The notes: generated by a model from the sequence alone, not told the origin. DNA of 30,720 nucleotides from an uncultured Chloroflexota bacterium (GCA_937958365.1 CALFEW010000728.1:1-30720), one strand, 5' to 3'; shown: positions 8,850 to 19,242, counted from the first letter of the stretch. Program-made: numbers and translations.

Positions 8850-9839
8850 CTACTTTGGCTTAGTCACTACACCGTTAAAAAACAACTTGCGACCGCCCAA
8901 CTGGTCGGACACACCCTGATAATACTGCAAATTAAAAATCCCACTGTAGGCGATTCGGGTCAGTCCGGCCAAATTCACGTCTGACCCAAATTTAGCCATA
9001 CGTCCCAGCCTGGAAATAACCGAGGAACTGAGCCTGGACCGATCCAGGCAAATGTACGTTAGGAGCTGGATGAGGGGATTTCGCTGCCGACGAAATTCGC
9101 GGAAGATGGTGGGCAGCAGCCATTTCTGACCTTTGTCAACGTGAAACTGGACGTCGTTACGGCCGTAATCATAAGGAATCTTCAACCACGAGGCAAAACT
9201 GCGCTCCGCATAATGGTAGCCAATTGCCTTGGGGTTAAACTGAAAACGTAAGCCGCTTTTAGCCAGGCGATACGCCAGCTCCACATCTTCGGCGCGCCGA
9301 AAATGCGTGTCAAAACCCCCATGACTGACAAGATGATGACGCAGCAACGAGGTGTTACCGGTGTAAAACTGCCTGGCCGTTGGCGCCCATCTCCCGGAAG
9401 TCATGCTGTTGTACTGTTTTTCTAGCATAGCCTGCTCCCAGGCCACCCAGGGCAGCATCGCAAAATCTGGCGGTGTTATCATGGGTCCTAACACAACCGT
9501 GTGGCCGTCATCGTTCTGATGGATGTGCATATGCTCGGCGATCAACTGGGGCGTTGGCACGATGTCATCGTCAACAAACAAAACGATCTCGCCTTGCGCT
9601 TGCTCCAGACCCAGGTTGCGCGCCGCCGCCGCCCCCTGGTTCACCTGCGTCAGACCGCGGAAGTTTAGGGGCGTGCGAATGGATTGCAGGTACTCTCCCG
9701 TCCCATCCGTGGAGCCATCGGAAATAACGATGACCTCGAAATCAGCGAGAGGAAACTGCTGCTGTTCAAGCCCGGCCAGCGTATTTTTAAGGCGCGCCAG
9801 ACGATTATACGTAGGTACAACAACGCTGAAGGTTGGCAT
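8850..9839 (-). CDS. GT2 glycosyltransferase
   Basis: FSVVVPTYNR, EVIVISDGSTDGT, GAAAARNLG, LFVDDD, GFD..FRRAEDVELAYRL. Confidence 0.95.
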   Translation of the reverse strand: MPTFSVVVPTYNRLARLKNTLAGLEQQQFPLADFEVIVISDGSTDGTGEYLQSIRTPLNFRGLTQVNQGAAAARNLGLEQAQGEIVLFVDDDIVPTPQLIAEHMHIHQNDDGHTVVLGPMITPPDFAMLPWVAWEQAMLEKQYNSMTSGRWAPTARQFYTGNTSLLRHHLVSHGGFDTHFRRAEDVELAYRLAKSGLRFQFNPKAIGYHYAERSFASWLKIPYDYGRNDVQFHVDKGQKWLLPTIFREFRRQRNPLIQLLTYICLDRSRLSSSVISRLGRMAKFGSDVNLAGLTRIAYSGIFNLQYYQGVSDQLGGRKLFFNGVVTKPK

Positions 9840-9842
9840 AGT

Positions 9843-10412
9843 TTACAGTTCTCGAATGACCTTCGCTGGCATCCCAACAGCCAGGCTGCGCGGTGGAATA
9901 TCTCGCGTAACCACGCTACCCGCCCCGATCACGCTGCCCGCGCCAATGGTGACGCCGGGCAAAACAATGACACGCGCCCCCAACCATACATTTTCTTCAA
10001 TGATGATGGCGCTTGATTCCGGCCGTTCCTGGCGGCGTTCTGGCTCTAGCCGGTGAAAATTATTGTCCATGATGAGGACGTAAGTGCCTATGTTGCAGTC
10101 AGGACCGATGGATATGTGTTGATTAGCCGCAATAGAACAGCCATAGTTGATAAATGTGCCCGGACCAATGTAAAGGGTGGCGTTTTTGCCGGCTACCAGT
10201 TCCAGGGTAGCAATGGTCGAGACGATACGGACCCGATCCTCAATAATGAGTTTGCCCCAGTTGTAGGCGACCGGCTTTCCCCATACGCGCACTTTGGGTC
10301 CGACGTGGCTTGCCCGGCGCAGATACCATCTTGCGCGTAAAACGGCCCAACCATTCACCCAAATGCCCCGCAAACGGCCGTAACCGGTCTGAATCGTCTT
10401 AGAAAAGCTCAT
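9843..10412 (-). CDS. Hexapeptide-repeat (LbH) sugar O-acyltransferase
   Basis: IGPGTFINYG, ISIGPDCNIG..V.IMDNNFH, IEENVWLGARVIVLPGVTIG.GSVIGAGSVVTRDIP....AVGMPAK. Confidence 0.92.
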   Translation of the reverse strand: MSFSKTIQTGYGRLRGIWVNGWAVLRARWYLRRASHVGPKVRVWGKPVAYNWGKLIIEDRVRIVSTIATLELVAGKNATLYIGPGTFINYGCSIAANQHISIGPDCNIGTYVLIMDNNFHRLEPERRQERPESSAIIIEENVWLGARVIVLPGVTIGAGSVIGAGSVVTRDIPPRSLAVGMPAKVIREL

Positions 10413-11663
10413 CTAACGTTTTGGCTCCGGGCTGTTAAGCTGCCGATCAATCTGAACATTCGCAGGCAATGGCAGCGACTGGTTGACCACACCTTCATAC
10501 AGCTTTTCAAAATCAGATGTCATCCTTTGGGCGTTGAAGTACTGGTAGACGCGGGAACGGCCGTATTCACCCATTTGTTGACGCAGCGCCCTGTCGGCCA
10601 TAAGCCGCATGATGTTGGCAGCCAATTGATCAATGTCGCCTGGTTCAGAAAGCAGCCCGGAACGGCCGTGTTCCACAATCTCCGGCACACCGCCACTGTT
10701 CAGAGCGACGATGGGTTTACGCATGGCCATGGCCTCCACAAACACCATGCCAAACGGCTCCTCAAAGCTTGGTAGTGTAAAAATATCGCCGGCCGCAAAT
10801 AGCTGCCTGCTATCCGGGCGAAAACCGGTCAACGTAACCATATCCGCTAACTGCAAAGACGCAATCAAACCCTCTAATTCAGCGCGATTCCCCATGTAGG
10901 TGTCCTCGCTGCCAGCGATGAGCAAATAGAAGCTCTGACCGGCGTCTCGCACTTTAGCCAGGGCGCGCAGCAGGTCCGCCTGACCTTTGTAAGTCGCCAT
11001 CCGGCCAATGGCAACAAGCAGTGGTGTTTCCGAATCTACGTTAAACTCGGCGCGAATACCCAGGCCATCTGCCTGGTCTTCCCAACGGACCAGGTCCAGG
11101 CCGTTTAAGATGTGGGTTGTCTTTTCAGCCGGGAAACCCATGGCCTTGCTGGATTGCACCACAAAATCGGAAACCCCGACCAACACGTCCGCCCTGTGCA
11201 TGGCCCATTGCGACAGTGAACTGAGCCAATCTTCCACTTTAACGTGCAAATGCACCAGACACATGGCCCCGGATGCTTTCGCCAGCCAATAACCATAAAA
11301 AACGTCGCGGGGTTTTTCACTACAATGGATGATGTCAATTTTGTGTTTTCGCGTGTATCGCACCAGGTCCACGCCTGTCTTGAGCAACCTGCCACTGTCA
11401 AGAAGCAGCCCGGCGTTGGACTTTGTGTTGGCGTCTGAGTGCAGGGAAGGGCCAAAAGAAGTAGGTCTCAAGTGGATATCTGGTACCTGACTAAGCGCCG
11501 TAATGGATGGTGATGCGCTTTGTTTTGTGCCGGGGTTGCAGGCTACGTGTACCTCGAAGCGTTCCCGATTCAGATAACGCATCAACTTCTCGTGGATTTG
11601 GGAATCGGCCATGAAGTAAGGCTGCGATTGCATGAATAATATGGAAATCTTTCCGTTTTGCAT
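10413..11663 (-). CDS. GT4 (GT-B) glycosyltransferase
   Basis: HILNGLD, IGRMATYKGQ, GFRPD, DIFTLPSFEEPFGMVFVEAMAMRKPIVA..SGGVPEIV. Confidence 0.95.
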   Translation of the reverse strand: MQNGKISILFMQSQPYFMADSQIHEKLMRYLNRERFEVHVACNPGTKQSASPSITALSQVPDIHLRPTSFGPSLHSDANTKSNAGLLLDSGRLLKTGVDLVRYTRKHKIDIIHCSEKPRDVFYGYWLAKASGAMCLVHLHVKVEDWLSSLSQWAMHRADVLVGVSDFVVQSSKAMGFPAEKTTHILNGLDLVRWEDQADGLGIRAEFNVDSETPLLVAIGRMATYKGQADLLRALAKVRDAGQSFYLLIAGSEDTYMGNRAELEGLIASLQLADMVTLTGFRPDSRQLFAAGDIFTLPSFEEPFGMVFVEAMAMRKPIVALNSGGVPEIVEHGRSGLLSEPGDIDQLAANIMRLMADRALRQQMGEYGRSRVYQYFNAQRMTSDFEKLYEGVVNQSLPLPANVQIDRQLNSPEPKR

Positions 11664-11720
11664 TACGCCTCAAGAGTGACTGAGATGAAGATCTGCACGG
11701 CCGTTTGCTTTGGCAATGGG

Positions 11721-12302
11721 TCACGCTGCATTGTGAACATAATACACATCAAGTTCACGAATTGCTTTTGCGGGAACTCCGGCCACCATCGTATTTGCCG
11801 CCACGTCTTTTGTAACCATGGCGCCGGCAGCGACAACAGCCCCTTCGCCAATGGTGACGCCGGGAAGAATCGTACAGCGCGCGCCTAACCATGCGCCACT
11901 GCCAACGACGATAGGTTTGGCTACCAGTGGACCGGCTCGTTGATCGGTTGCGCCAATGTGATGTGAATTCGTAAGCAAAAGAACTTCGTGCCCAAAGGCC
12001 ACCGTATTGCCAATGGAAATGGGAGCAGCCACATCAAAATGGCAGCCCACGTTGAACCAGCAACCATCGCCAATGGTAAGTCGCCCGTATATGTCGCCTT
12101 TACCGACAAATCTAGGCATCCCCCACATAACCGTTCCGTTACCAATTTCAAAGCCGATCAATCGCAGCAGCCGCACCCGTATACGACTGCCTACATTTGC
12201 TGGCAAGAGAAACACCAACATTTGCACAATCACCAGGCGTAAATGGAACGCACTAAATTCTTCGTAGATAATTCTTACTGCTTTTGCTATCCCTTTTTTC
12301 AT
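11721..12302 (-). CDS. Hexapeptide-repeat (LbH) sugar O-acyltransferase
   Basis: IGNGTV, LTIGDGCWFN, LLTNSH, VGSGAWLGARCTILPGVTIGEGAVVAAGAMVTKDV....VAGVPAK. Start set to ATG 12302 (MKKGI) with GAGG upstream, rather than 12374. Confidence 0.92.
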   Translation of the reverse strand: MKKGIAKAVRIIYEEFSAFHLRLVIVQMLVFLLPANVGSRIRVRLLRLIGFEIGNGTVMWGMPRFVGKGDIYGRLTIGDGCWFNVGCHFDVAAPISIGNTVAFGHEVLLLTNSHHIGATDQRAGPLVAKPIVVGSGAWLGARCTILPGVTIGEGAVVAAGAMVTKDVAANTMVAGVPAKAIRELDVYYVHNAA

Positions 12303-12483
12303 TATGTCGTTTTCCTCGAATAGCAGGACGTCAATGTAATAGCTTGACCATAAGAAGTACCACCAGGCTGCCATGGGTCAAACGTAGCAACCTGGTAAGT
12401 TTAATTCATTTTATTGGTCTGGGCTGTGTTTCATACATGTTAATGGCGGTTGTGGTTTTGCGGAGCCAGGGAATAAATCGAGG

Positions 12484-14034
12484 TTAGTTGATCAAACCAG
12501 GTGCAGGCTGCGGGTCTGGTTGCCAGGGCCAACGCTTCTTTTCAACGGCCGTTGGCTGCCCCACGACACGTTCCATACAACTAACAGCGCCTATCATTGC
12601 CCCAAGATAAAGCATACTTTGTGTATCCCACGAAATATCTACATAAGCATAGACGAAGTGCATAGTAATATAAATGGTGGCCGTCGCGGCAATCGCGCGC
12701 AAATCGTTTGGCGGCATGCGCCGGATTGCTTGTGTACCAATCAGAACGGCCGTGCCAATAAAAAACAACATGGACAAAAAACCCCCAATACCCGTCTTCA
12801 CCCACATGTAAATAATCGAGTTGTGAGGCAAATAAGACCACCACTCGAAAAAACTAATGTCGGGCAATGGGATCAGAATGTAAAATTGCTGCCCAAAGCC
12901 CACGCCGGTGAGCGGTTTTTGATGGATCGTAAAGCTGGTATTCACATTCTCAATGATGCGATAGAGGTTTGAAGACACGTCGGCAGCATTGGCCTGATCC
13001 TCAGCAACCACAGACTTGATCGCCTGCGCCGGCAAGCCCAAAGCGCCGCTGGCATTCCAAAAAACACCGATATACACAAGACCAATAAGTACGGCGGGAG
13101 GCGTAATGAGCCAGAAGACGTGACGCTTATGAATGTAAAGCAAGATAGCTAAGAAGGCCAACCCCATAAACAAGGTGATGAAAGCGGCACGTCGCTGGGC
13201 CGCGAGATAGGTTAATAAAGCAAACGGCAACACCGGAATCAAGGCAAAGCGTTTGACGGCCGAACCGTTATACAACCAGACTGCCAAAAACAAAATAAAA
13301 AGTGTGTTCAAATGGACCGCTGCCGAATGATCCATGATGGCATCCACACCCGCCAAACTGCTGTTCAACGTAAAAACAAAATAATAAACGCCATAAATGC
13401 TCTCAATCGTCAAAGCCAAAATAGCTGCCCACATGAGGTGGCTGAAATGTTCTCGTTTGTCGAGCAAATTGCTTGTCAGGATCACCATGGCAATCAGATA
13501 AAAAATCGGGCGTGTTTCCCACAAGGCAATGTTCACGCTCCCCCCGGTAGCCACGCCATAAAACAGGCCAACTGCCACAAAAACGAGAAATACCACGGCC
13601 GGCCAAAATATCTCACTGACATAAAACTGCAATCGCCGCTGCATCAAACCACGGCCTAACCAGGAAACGGCCGTTACCACAATAAACGCCTCCAATGGGC
13701 TGATAATCAGCGCATCATGCAAAAACAAAATAGATTCGCGGCTCGAAAAGTTCTTCAGGAAAGGATACCAGGGCATCAACACCCCATCACCGGTCAACCC
13801 CAGGAATACAATCAAATAAATCCCGTAACGCGGTTGGTAAAGAACAAGCGCCAGACCAAACAAAAAAATCACCCAGGCAATCGAACTTGGCTTAGGTCCT
13901 CCACGCAACATCAACAAAGCAAAAAGCGATGTCATGCCAAGAATAGATAGAAACCAGAAAGACCAGACAAATGCTGAATTCAGCTTCCGTCTGTCTACTG
14001 ATTGAACCTGACTCCGATACAGATAACTTTCCAT
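12484..14034 (-). CDS. O-antigen ligase / Wzy polymerase family membrane protein
   Basis: About 12 hydrophobic segments, QRRAAFI, and a large loop with R..E......I...PLTGVGFG followed by PHNS..YMWVKTGIGG (Wzy_C-type signature). Confidence 0.88.
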   Translation of the reverse strand: MESYLYRSQVQSVDRRKLNSAFVWSFWFLSILGMTSLFALLMLRGGPKPSSIAWVIFLFGLALVLYQPRYGIYLIVFLGLTGDGVLMPWYPFLKNFSSRESILFLHDALIISPLEAFIVVTAVSWLGRGLMQRRLQFYVSEIFWPAVVFLVFVAVGLFYGVATGGSVNIALWETRPIFYLIAMVILTSNLLDKREHFSHLMWAAILALTIESIYGVYYFVFTLNSSLAGVDAIMDHSAAVHLNTLFILFLAVWLYNGSAVKRFALIPVLPFALLTYLAAQRRAAFITLFMGLAFLAILLYIHKRHVFWLITPPAVLIGLVYIGVFWNASGALGLPAQAIKSVVAEDQANAADVSSNLYRIIENVNTSFTIHQKPLTGVGFGQQFYILIPLPDISFFEWWSYLPHNSIIYMWVKTGIGGFLSMLFFIGTAVLIGTQAIRRMPPNDLRAIAATATIYITMHFVYAYVDISWDTQSMLYLGAMIGAVSCMERVVGQPTAVEKKRWPWQPDPQPAPGLIN

Positions 14035-14346
14035 CTAATTCATTCGTCTCAACAAAACCATCTGCCCTTCGGCAGAAAGAAAGACATTTCAGGCGCAGCC
14101 CGCCAACAAAACGTTCACCTGACAGGCTTCTCTTGATCTTCGCTTCAAAGCTGATTCAAGAAAAAATACGCAAAGCTAATGAGCAGACAAACAACCAACA
14201 AAACCTGTTGGCGACGGCCTAACGGGACCTTCCAAAACAACAGGCCGCCTACAAAACAAAGGACAATAAATAAGACAAATAGCTTCATAACAAACGGTAA
14301 ATCAATAGCGCCGGCCTAGAGACGGCGCACGTCATGGCCTCAGCCT

Positions 14347-15069
14347 CTACAAAGACAACAACCGCGAAATGGTACGCGGCGTGGCTATCTTGATCCGATT
14401 TAAGATAACACCCTTCATTTCCATGTGATCAATATCATCAAGCGCCAACCGCACATCTTCAACAACCGTTACCCCCTGATGAACCACCAAAACGCCGGCC
14501 GAAGCCAACGAGGCCAGGGGAACAGCGTCACTCGTCGCCCGCAAAGCCGGAATATCCAGAATCAAATAATCAAATCGAGTCTCCAACTCATTCAGAATCT
14601 CTTTGATAATTTGACTGCGCGCCATCACCGGTCTGTCATCCCTTTCCAAAACACCAGCCGGCAAATAGGAGAAATTTGACCACCCCGTGGGCGCAACCAC
14701 GTCTTCCAAAGCCGCTCTATTGGTAATCACGGCCGCTAAACCTTCATTATCCGGGGCAATAAATGGCGAAGGCGAAGGCCACCACCAATTCAATTCAATC
14801 ACACAAACTTTGGCTCCTAGATCGTGGGCCATCACAACGCCTAAAGCGCGTGAATTAAAAGTGACGCCCTCGTTGCGCAAAGCCGCAACCAGCGCCAAAC
14901 GCTTGGGCATCTCTGCCTTGCGATTCATGCGCGTGACCATCTGGCGCAGCCTATCCACAACCACACCATCAAAAATCTGGATTGGGTCTCCATCCCCTCC
15001 TGGCAAAACCAGAGGATCAAACTGCGATTCCTTTTTACGTCTTCGTATCATTTGCATACCACCAACCAT
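14347..15069 (-). CDS. CpsD/CapB-like BY-kinase homologue with degenerate catalytic motifs
   Basis: Order and spacing of BY-kinase elements: ALVAALRNEGVT (Walker A without Lys), VCVIELN (Walker A-prime DxD lost), FDYLILDIPA (Walker B), GVLVV..G.T, GVILNR. No C-terminal Tyr cluster. Confidence 0.8.
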   Translation of the reverse strand: MVGGMQMIRRRKKESQFDPLVLPGGDGDPIQIFDGVVVDRLRQMVTRMNRKAEMPKRLALVAALRNEGVTFNSRALGVVMAHDLGAKVCVIELNWWWPSPSPFIAPDNEGLAAVITNRAALEDVVAPTGWSNFSYLPAGVLERDDRPVMARSQIIKEILNELETRFDYLILDIPALRATSDAVPLASLASAGVLVVHQGVTVVEDVRLALDDIDHMEMKGVILNRIKIATPRTISRLLSL

Positions 15070-15160
15070 CTCACCAAAAAGTCAACTCTAACGATTCCAA
15101 CTAAACTTTTGCCAGGCCCTTGCGCCAACATTTGTGAAACCATACATGGAGGCCCATCTA

Positions 15161-16651
15161 TCATGGAACCGGCTGTACTTTACGAATACCTAACCGCGCC
15201 AATACAGACATAAACAAACTTCTGAAAAGCGCCCAATCTTCCTGGGGCACAACCTTCAACAAAAGGATCATCGCCAGGAACACAACGGCGCCCACGACGA
15301 TAGGAATAACCACAAAGAAATCGCGCATCCACCAGGTCGCGGCAACCATGACGCCACCCGACAGAAAAACCTTGAATGCGTATTGGGCCGTCTGCCGTGT
15401 CAGCGTGTTCCGAGGCATCAGACGCAAACCGGCAATCATCATGCCCGACTCAGTGATAACAAAAGCCAAAGCCCCACCAATGGCTCCATTATTAAACGTC
15501 GCCTGACACCACGGAACCAATATCAAATCCAGAGGAAGTGATACAAAAGTCGCCACCGCCATGACCCACGTCCACATATTTTGCTTATCAACCGAAATAA
15601 GGAATTGGCCCACCAGCATATTTTGATAAGTCAACAACAAGACAATCCCCATAACTGCTAAAACAGGGCCGCTATTAATAAACCCTTCGCCGAACAACAA
15701 CAAAACGACCCCATTAGCAACAACCAGGACCCCTAGACCGATAGGCACACTCAGTAACAACAACAAGTCAAAACTTTTGCGCATGATTTTGGGCAATGAA
15801 TCAGGATCATTCGCATACGCTTGCGACAAAACGGGGAAAATAGCCGTGATAAATACAGTGGGAATAAACAACAGCGTGCCAAACAATCTGTCGGCCGCAC
15901 TATACCAGCCAACGACAGTTTCGTTGGCAACCAATGAAATGATAATCACGTCAATTTGCACATAAATGACCAGGAAAATGCCCGTCAGCAAAAATGGCAC
16001 ACCGGAACGCAGCAGCCATCGTGCGCTGTCCATGGTGAAGCACCAAAGGCATAGCTTCTGCGTTCGATTCACAAAGTAAAGATAAATCACCATCGTCACT
16101 AAGACTGCGCCAATGTTAACGGCCGCAATCACCAACACCCCCTGCCCCAACAACACCAAAACGATACTGACGATTGTTCCAAATGCCTTTCCCGCAACAT
16201 CGCCAATCGCTTTGTATTCCATGCGTTGAAAGCCTTGCAGCACAGCCCCGAAAGCGCTTAAAACTTGCGCAAACAAATCTGAAATACCAATAATGACCAC
16301 AACGAGAACGGTTTCCGGTGAATAGTCCACGTTTGTGACATAAATGAATACAGCCAGGAATCCTACGACAAAAAAAATGGCTCTTAATACAATTGACGTG
16401 GATAAATGTTCAGGCATCCGGCTCGAATCGCGAGCGATTTCTTTGATAAGGACAATGTCCATACCAAAGGCAATAAACACCATCACCATAGCCCACAAGG
16501 AACCGGCTAAGTGCAATTGACCTATGGCTTCTGCTCCCAGATAACGGGGTAAAAACACCGTCAACAAGAGCGTCAGACCCCAGGTGAGCAGCTGTGACGC
16601 CATCAAGACGCTGGCGTTTTTGGCGACGGTTCTGCTGGTGGTTTCGTTCAT
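15161..16651 (-). CDS. wzx: Wzx oligosaccharide flippase
   Basis: 496 aa, multi-TM. VAKNAS.L...., PRYLG.E..G, FG.D..L.KEIAR, VGWYSAA.RL, IFPVLSQ (polysaccharide-synthesis flippase pattern). ATGA overlap with the upstream gene. Confidence 0.92.
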   Translation of the reverse strand: MNETTSRTVAKNASVLMASQLLTWGLTLLLTVFLPRYLGAEAIGQLHLAGSLWAMVMVFIAFGMDIVLIKEIARDSSRMPEHLSTSIVLRAIFFVVGFLAVFIYVTNVDYSPETVLVVVIIGISDLFAQVLSAFGAVLQGFQRMEYKAIGDVAGKAFGTIVSIVLVLLGQGVLVIAAVNIGAVLVTMVIYLYFVNRTQKLCLWCFTMDSARWLLRSGVPFLLTGIFLVIYVQIDVIIISLVANETVVGWYSAADRLFGTLLFIPTVFITAIFPVLSQAYANDPDSLPKIMRKSFDLLLLLSVPIGLGVLVVANGVVLLLFGEGFINSGPVLAVMGIVLLLTYQNMLVGQFLISVDKQNMWTWVMAVATFVSLPLDLILVPWCQATFNNGAIGGALAFVITESGMMIAGLRLMPRNTLTRQTAQYAFKVFLSGGVMVAATWWMRDFFVVIPIVVGAVVFLAMILLLKVVPQEDWALFRSLFMSVLARLGIRKVQPVP

Positions 16652-17745
16652 ATAGCCACTTCTACTTCGGTTGACTCTTGTTCCACTATTTCACCCTGAA
16701 CACGCTTGCTGCCTTCTAGCAATAAATTTGCATCGTTCGGTTTTCGCTGCCAGAAGCGTCTTTTACGGGGCGTCACATCTGGTATTTCCGCCATGACAGG
16801 CAGGTCCAGGCGATTTTGTACGTCAATCGGCAGACGGAAACTACGATCTAGAATCGCAGCGCCAACAATGGCGCCTCCGCTTAACATAAAACCGACCGCA
16901 ATAAAAATGATGACATTAACGGCCGTTTCCTTCAGCGAAGTGACCGAATCTGTGGGCAGCTTGGGGGCATCAATAACAAAATAAGTCTGCCGCATATCGC
17001 TTTCAATCTGGGCCATGGCCAGCCGGGAATTCTCCTCTTTGTCAAGCGCACTGGCATATCGAGCAGCGGCGAGGTTAATGTTGGCCTGCAAACGATCAAT
17101 TTCCAATTGCTCTTCACCTGGCCGATCCCCACGGATAGGCGCGGGATTCGTGCGCAAGAAGTCCTTCATGTCCTCGCGCGCCTGCGATAGCTCTTCTTCA
17201 TAAGTTCCAATGACCTCGCTGAAGAAGACCTGCGCCGACTCACTTTCGGCTCTTCTGGCGTTTATTTGCCATTGCAGGTAGCTTTCAATGGTGGCGCTCA
17301 CAAGTTGATAAGCTAATTCCGGGTCCTCATTGGCGGCATTGATGGACATTTGATTATCGCCAATCGTACTGGCCCAGACATTTTTGCGTGTTTCTGCGAG
17401 AATCTCATTGACCGCGTTGTTTCCCTGGCCCATATCAGATTCCAACTTTGTTTGGGCTACCACAGCGCGGACAAAGGCATTGGTCTGCATCAAGTCCGTT
17501 ACTTGTTTGGACACAGCCTGAGAAGGCGTTGTCCACCAGCTTGTGCTGTTACTGTTTATCGCTGTGAGGGAAGCCAGCAGAGATTCATCCTGCACGTAGA
17601 GAACCCCCTGAGCAATGTATTTAGGCTCTACTCGGTAGAAAACAAAATAGGCGCTGAGCGCCGTCATCAGAACGATGGGGAGTAAATAGAGCCAGCGATG
17701 ACGGAAATAGCTTTCCAGTAACCGATAAATTATTAAGCGAATCAT
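16648..17745 (-). CDS. Wzz/CpsC-like polysaccharide co-polymerase (chain-length determinant)
   Basis: N-terminal TM after FRHRW, a coiled-coil extracytoplasmic region, VIDAPKLP then a Gly-rich second TM, and cytoplasmic LDRS...DVQNRLDLPVMAEIP. Confidence 0.88.
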   Translation of the reverse strand: MIRLIIYRLLESYFRHRWLYLLPIVLMTALSAYFVFYRVEPKYIAQGVLYVQDESLLASLTAINSNSTSWWTTPSQAVSKQVTDLMQTNAFVRAVVAQTKLESDMGQGNNAVNEILAETRKNVWASTIGDNQMSINAANEDPELAYQLVSATIESYLQWQINARRAESESAQVFFSEVIGTYEEELSQAREDMKDFLRTNPAPIRGDRPGEEQLEIDRLQANINLAAARYASALDKEENSRLAMAQIESDMRQTYFVIDAPKLPTDSVTSLKETAVNVIIFIAVGFMLSGGAIVGAAILDRSFRLPIDVQNRLDLPVMAEIPDVTPRKRRFWQRKPNDANLLLEGSKRVQGEIVEQESTEVEVAI

Positions 17746-17793
17746 AGGATTCTCCGTTAGCTATCAACTTTCAGAAATGTTTCATACTGTAGC

Positions 17794-17833
17794 AAAGGCT
17801 TTAACCGGTCTATATTATCCGGTTAAAGCCTTT
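17794..17833. other. Perfect 15-bp inverted repeat upstream of the wzz-like gene (terminator, operator or RNA stabiliser)
   Basis: AAAGGCTTTAACCGG (17794-17808), 10-nt spacer TCTATATTAT, CCGGTTAAAGCCTTT (17819-17833). The structure is certain; the function is not. Confidence 0.7.
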
Positions 17834-17973
17834 ACTTTAAACCCTGTTTCTGAACATGTATATTAAGTTATGCCTGACTAAGCTGCTGCCTGGCCTTTAA
17901 TTTTCTAGCAAGTATGTTTACACCTGTTGAATGGCGGGAAACGGCCGTTGCCCCTTCCCTTCCCTACCATTCA

Positions 17974-19242
17974 TTACGGCGTCTGTGGCGACCAGATCGA
18001 GATGTCTCGGAAGTGCCAGCCGCCACCCCACCAATCTTGCCCACGAAATAGCACGCTGCTAGTTCCTTGTGGAATGGGCATCCAATAAGATTTGAACGAC
18101 TCATCGGCAAAAGAATAATCGCGGTGCTTCTGATACGCGGCATTCTGCCAGGTACTGCCATTATCGAAACTCACCTGCAAGTTGCCACCAATCCCGGCAA
18201 AGCGCAAATGGGAATTGGCCGGAGCCGGAGCAGAGAAATTCACGCGGTTGCTGCCACTACTATTGACATAACGCCGATCAGCCTTGAGTATGGTAAAAGG
18301 GACCGCAGGCTCAACAAACACGTTATCCCAATGCCAGGTTTGTGGCCCGCCATTGCCATCTTTCCAGGGATTATAGGAATGATGCCCAAACTGAATAACC
18401 CCTTGTGTCCAGTTCAGTGGGCTGATGTCTGTGTCTACCCACCAAAAATTGTAGTCTGGCATACCAAACTTAATGTGCGTTCGAGAAATGCGGAGTTCAA
18501 AGGTATCTCGACGCTGCGGGCTGGGTTCCAGGAAGTCGTTGTATGGAACCCACCAGGTACTCTCTAGACTATCTTCCTGGAAATTGCGATAAACGCTCGC
18601 GCCAAATGTGGGACCATTAAAGTCGCCCATGTCTATGTGAACGGCATTGTGCGGCTCGCCATTCAGATCAGGCAGCCAATTCATCAGAGCAAGCTGCAAA
18701 TTATCGTCGTAAGGCGTAATCCATACGTCCACCCAATCACGCAAAGAACGGCGTTCTGTGGACATGTCCCAGCGAATGACAGCTTCTCCCTCGGAAAAAT
18801 CAACCATCTGGTTCGGCGTCAAATAAATGAGACCATAACCGGAGGCGTTAATGGCCGTCATGATGTGATTGTTGCACTGGTAAACGGTGTCTTCATAGGC
18901 CGTAACGTCGTGGGTTGTCGCCGGTGACTCGCAATTGGGACCATGCTGCGCGTCCATGGCTTCCAGGTTATACCAGGTATCCACGTTACGTGAATGCACA
19001 GTAATATCCCAAGTCGCCGAACGCCACGGCGTTGGATGCGCCGGTGCGCCATCAAAGGTTTCCATAAAGTTAGCGGGCGGCGCGGGCACAGTAATGAAAG
19101 GCAAATAAACGACTGGATCCGTTGAAGGTTCCTGGGCGGCTACATGAGTTGGTTTCGATGTAATCTGCTGTGGCAAGGTGATTGTTACGACACTTATTAA
19201 AAACACTACTATTACATAAATTACCGGTTTTTTAAGTTTCAT
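17974..19242 (-). CDS. Secreted protein of unknown function with a VYLPFI motif after the signal segment
   Basis: MKLKK plus a hydrophobic stretch and AAQ-E-like cleavage region, then PVVYLPFI. Trp/His/Asp-rich, predicted beta-rich body. Strong RBS AAGGAAAGG. Confidence 0.85.
   Translation of the reverse strand: MKLKKPVIYVIVVFLISVVTITLPQQITSKPTHVAAQEPSTDPVVYLPFITVPAPPANFMETFDGAPAHPTPWRSATWDITVHSRNVDTWYNLEAMDAQHGPNCESPATTHDVTAYEDTVYQCNNHIMTAINASGYGLIYLTPNQMVDFSEGEAVIRWDMSTERRSLRDWVDVWITPYDDNLQLALMNWLPDLNGEPHNAVHIDMGDFNGPTFGASVYRNFQEDSLESTWWVPYNDFLEPSPQRRDTFELRISRTHIKFGMPDYNFWWVDTDISPLNWTQGVIQFGHHSYNPWKDGNGGPQTWHWDNVFVEPAVPFTILKADRRYVNSSGSNRVNFSAPAPANSHLRFAGIGGNLQVSFDNGSTWQNAAYQKHRDYSFADESFKSYWMPIPQGTSSVLFRGQDWWGGGWHFRDISIWSPQTP

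Noticed and set aside
17936-17953. GC-rich imperfect hairpin around ACGGCCGT after the YLP gene stop as a terminator
   Set aside because: The stem is mostly the ubiquitous palindrome, has a mismatch and lacks a U-tract.
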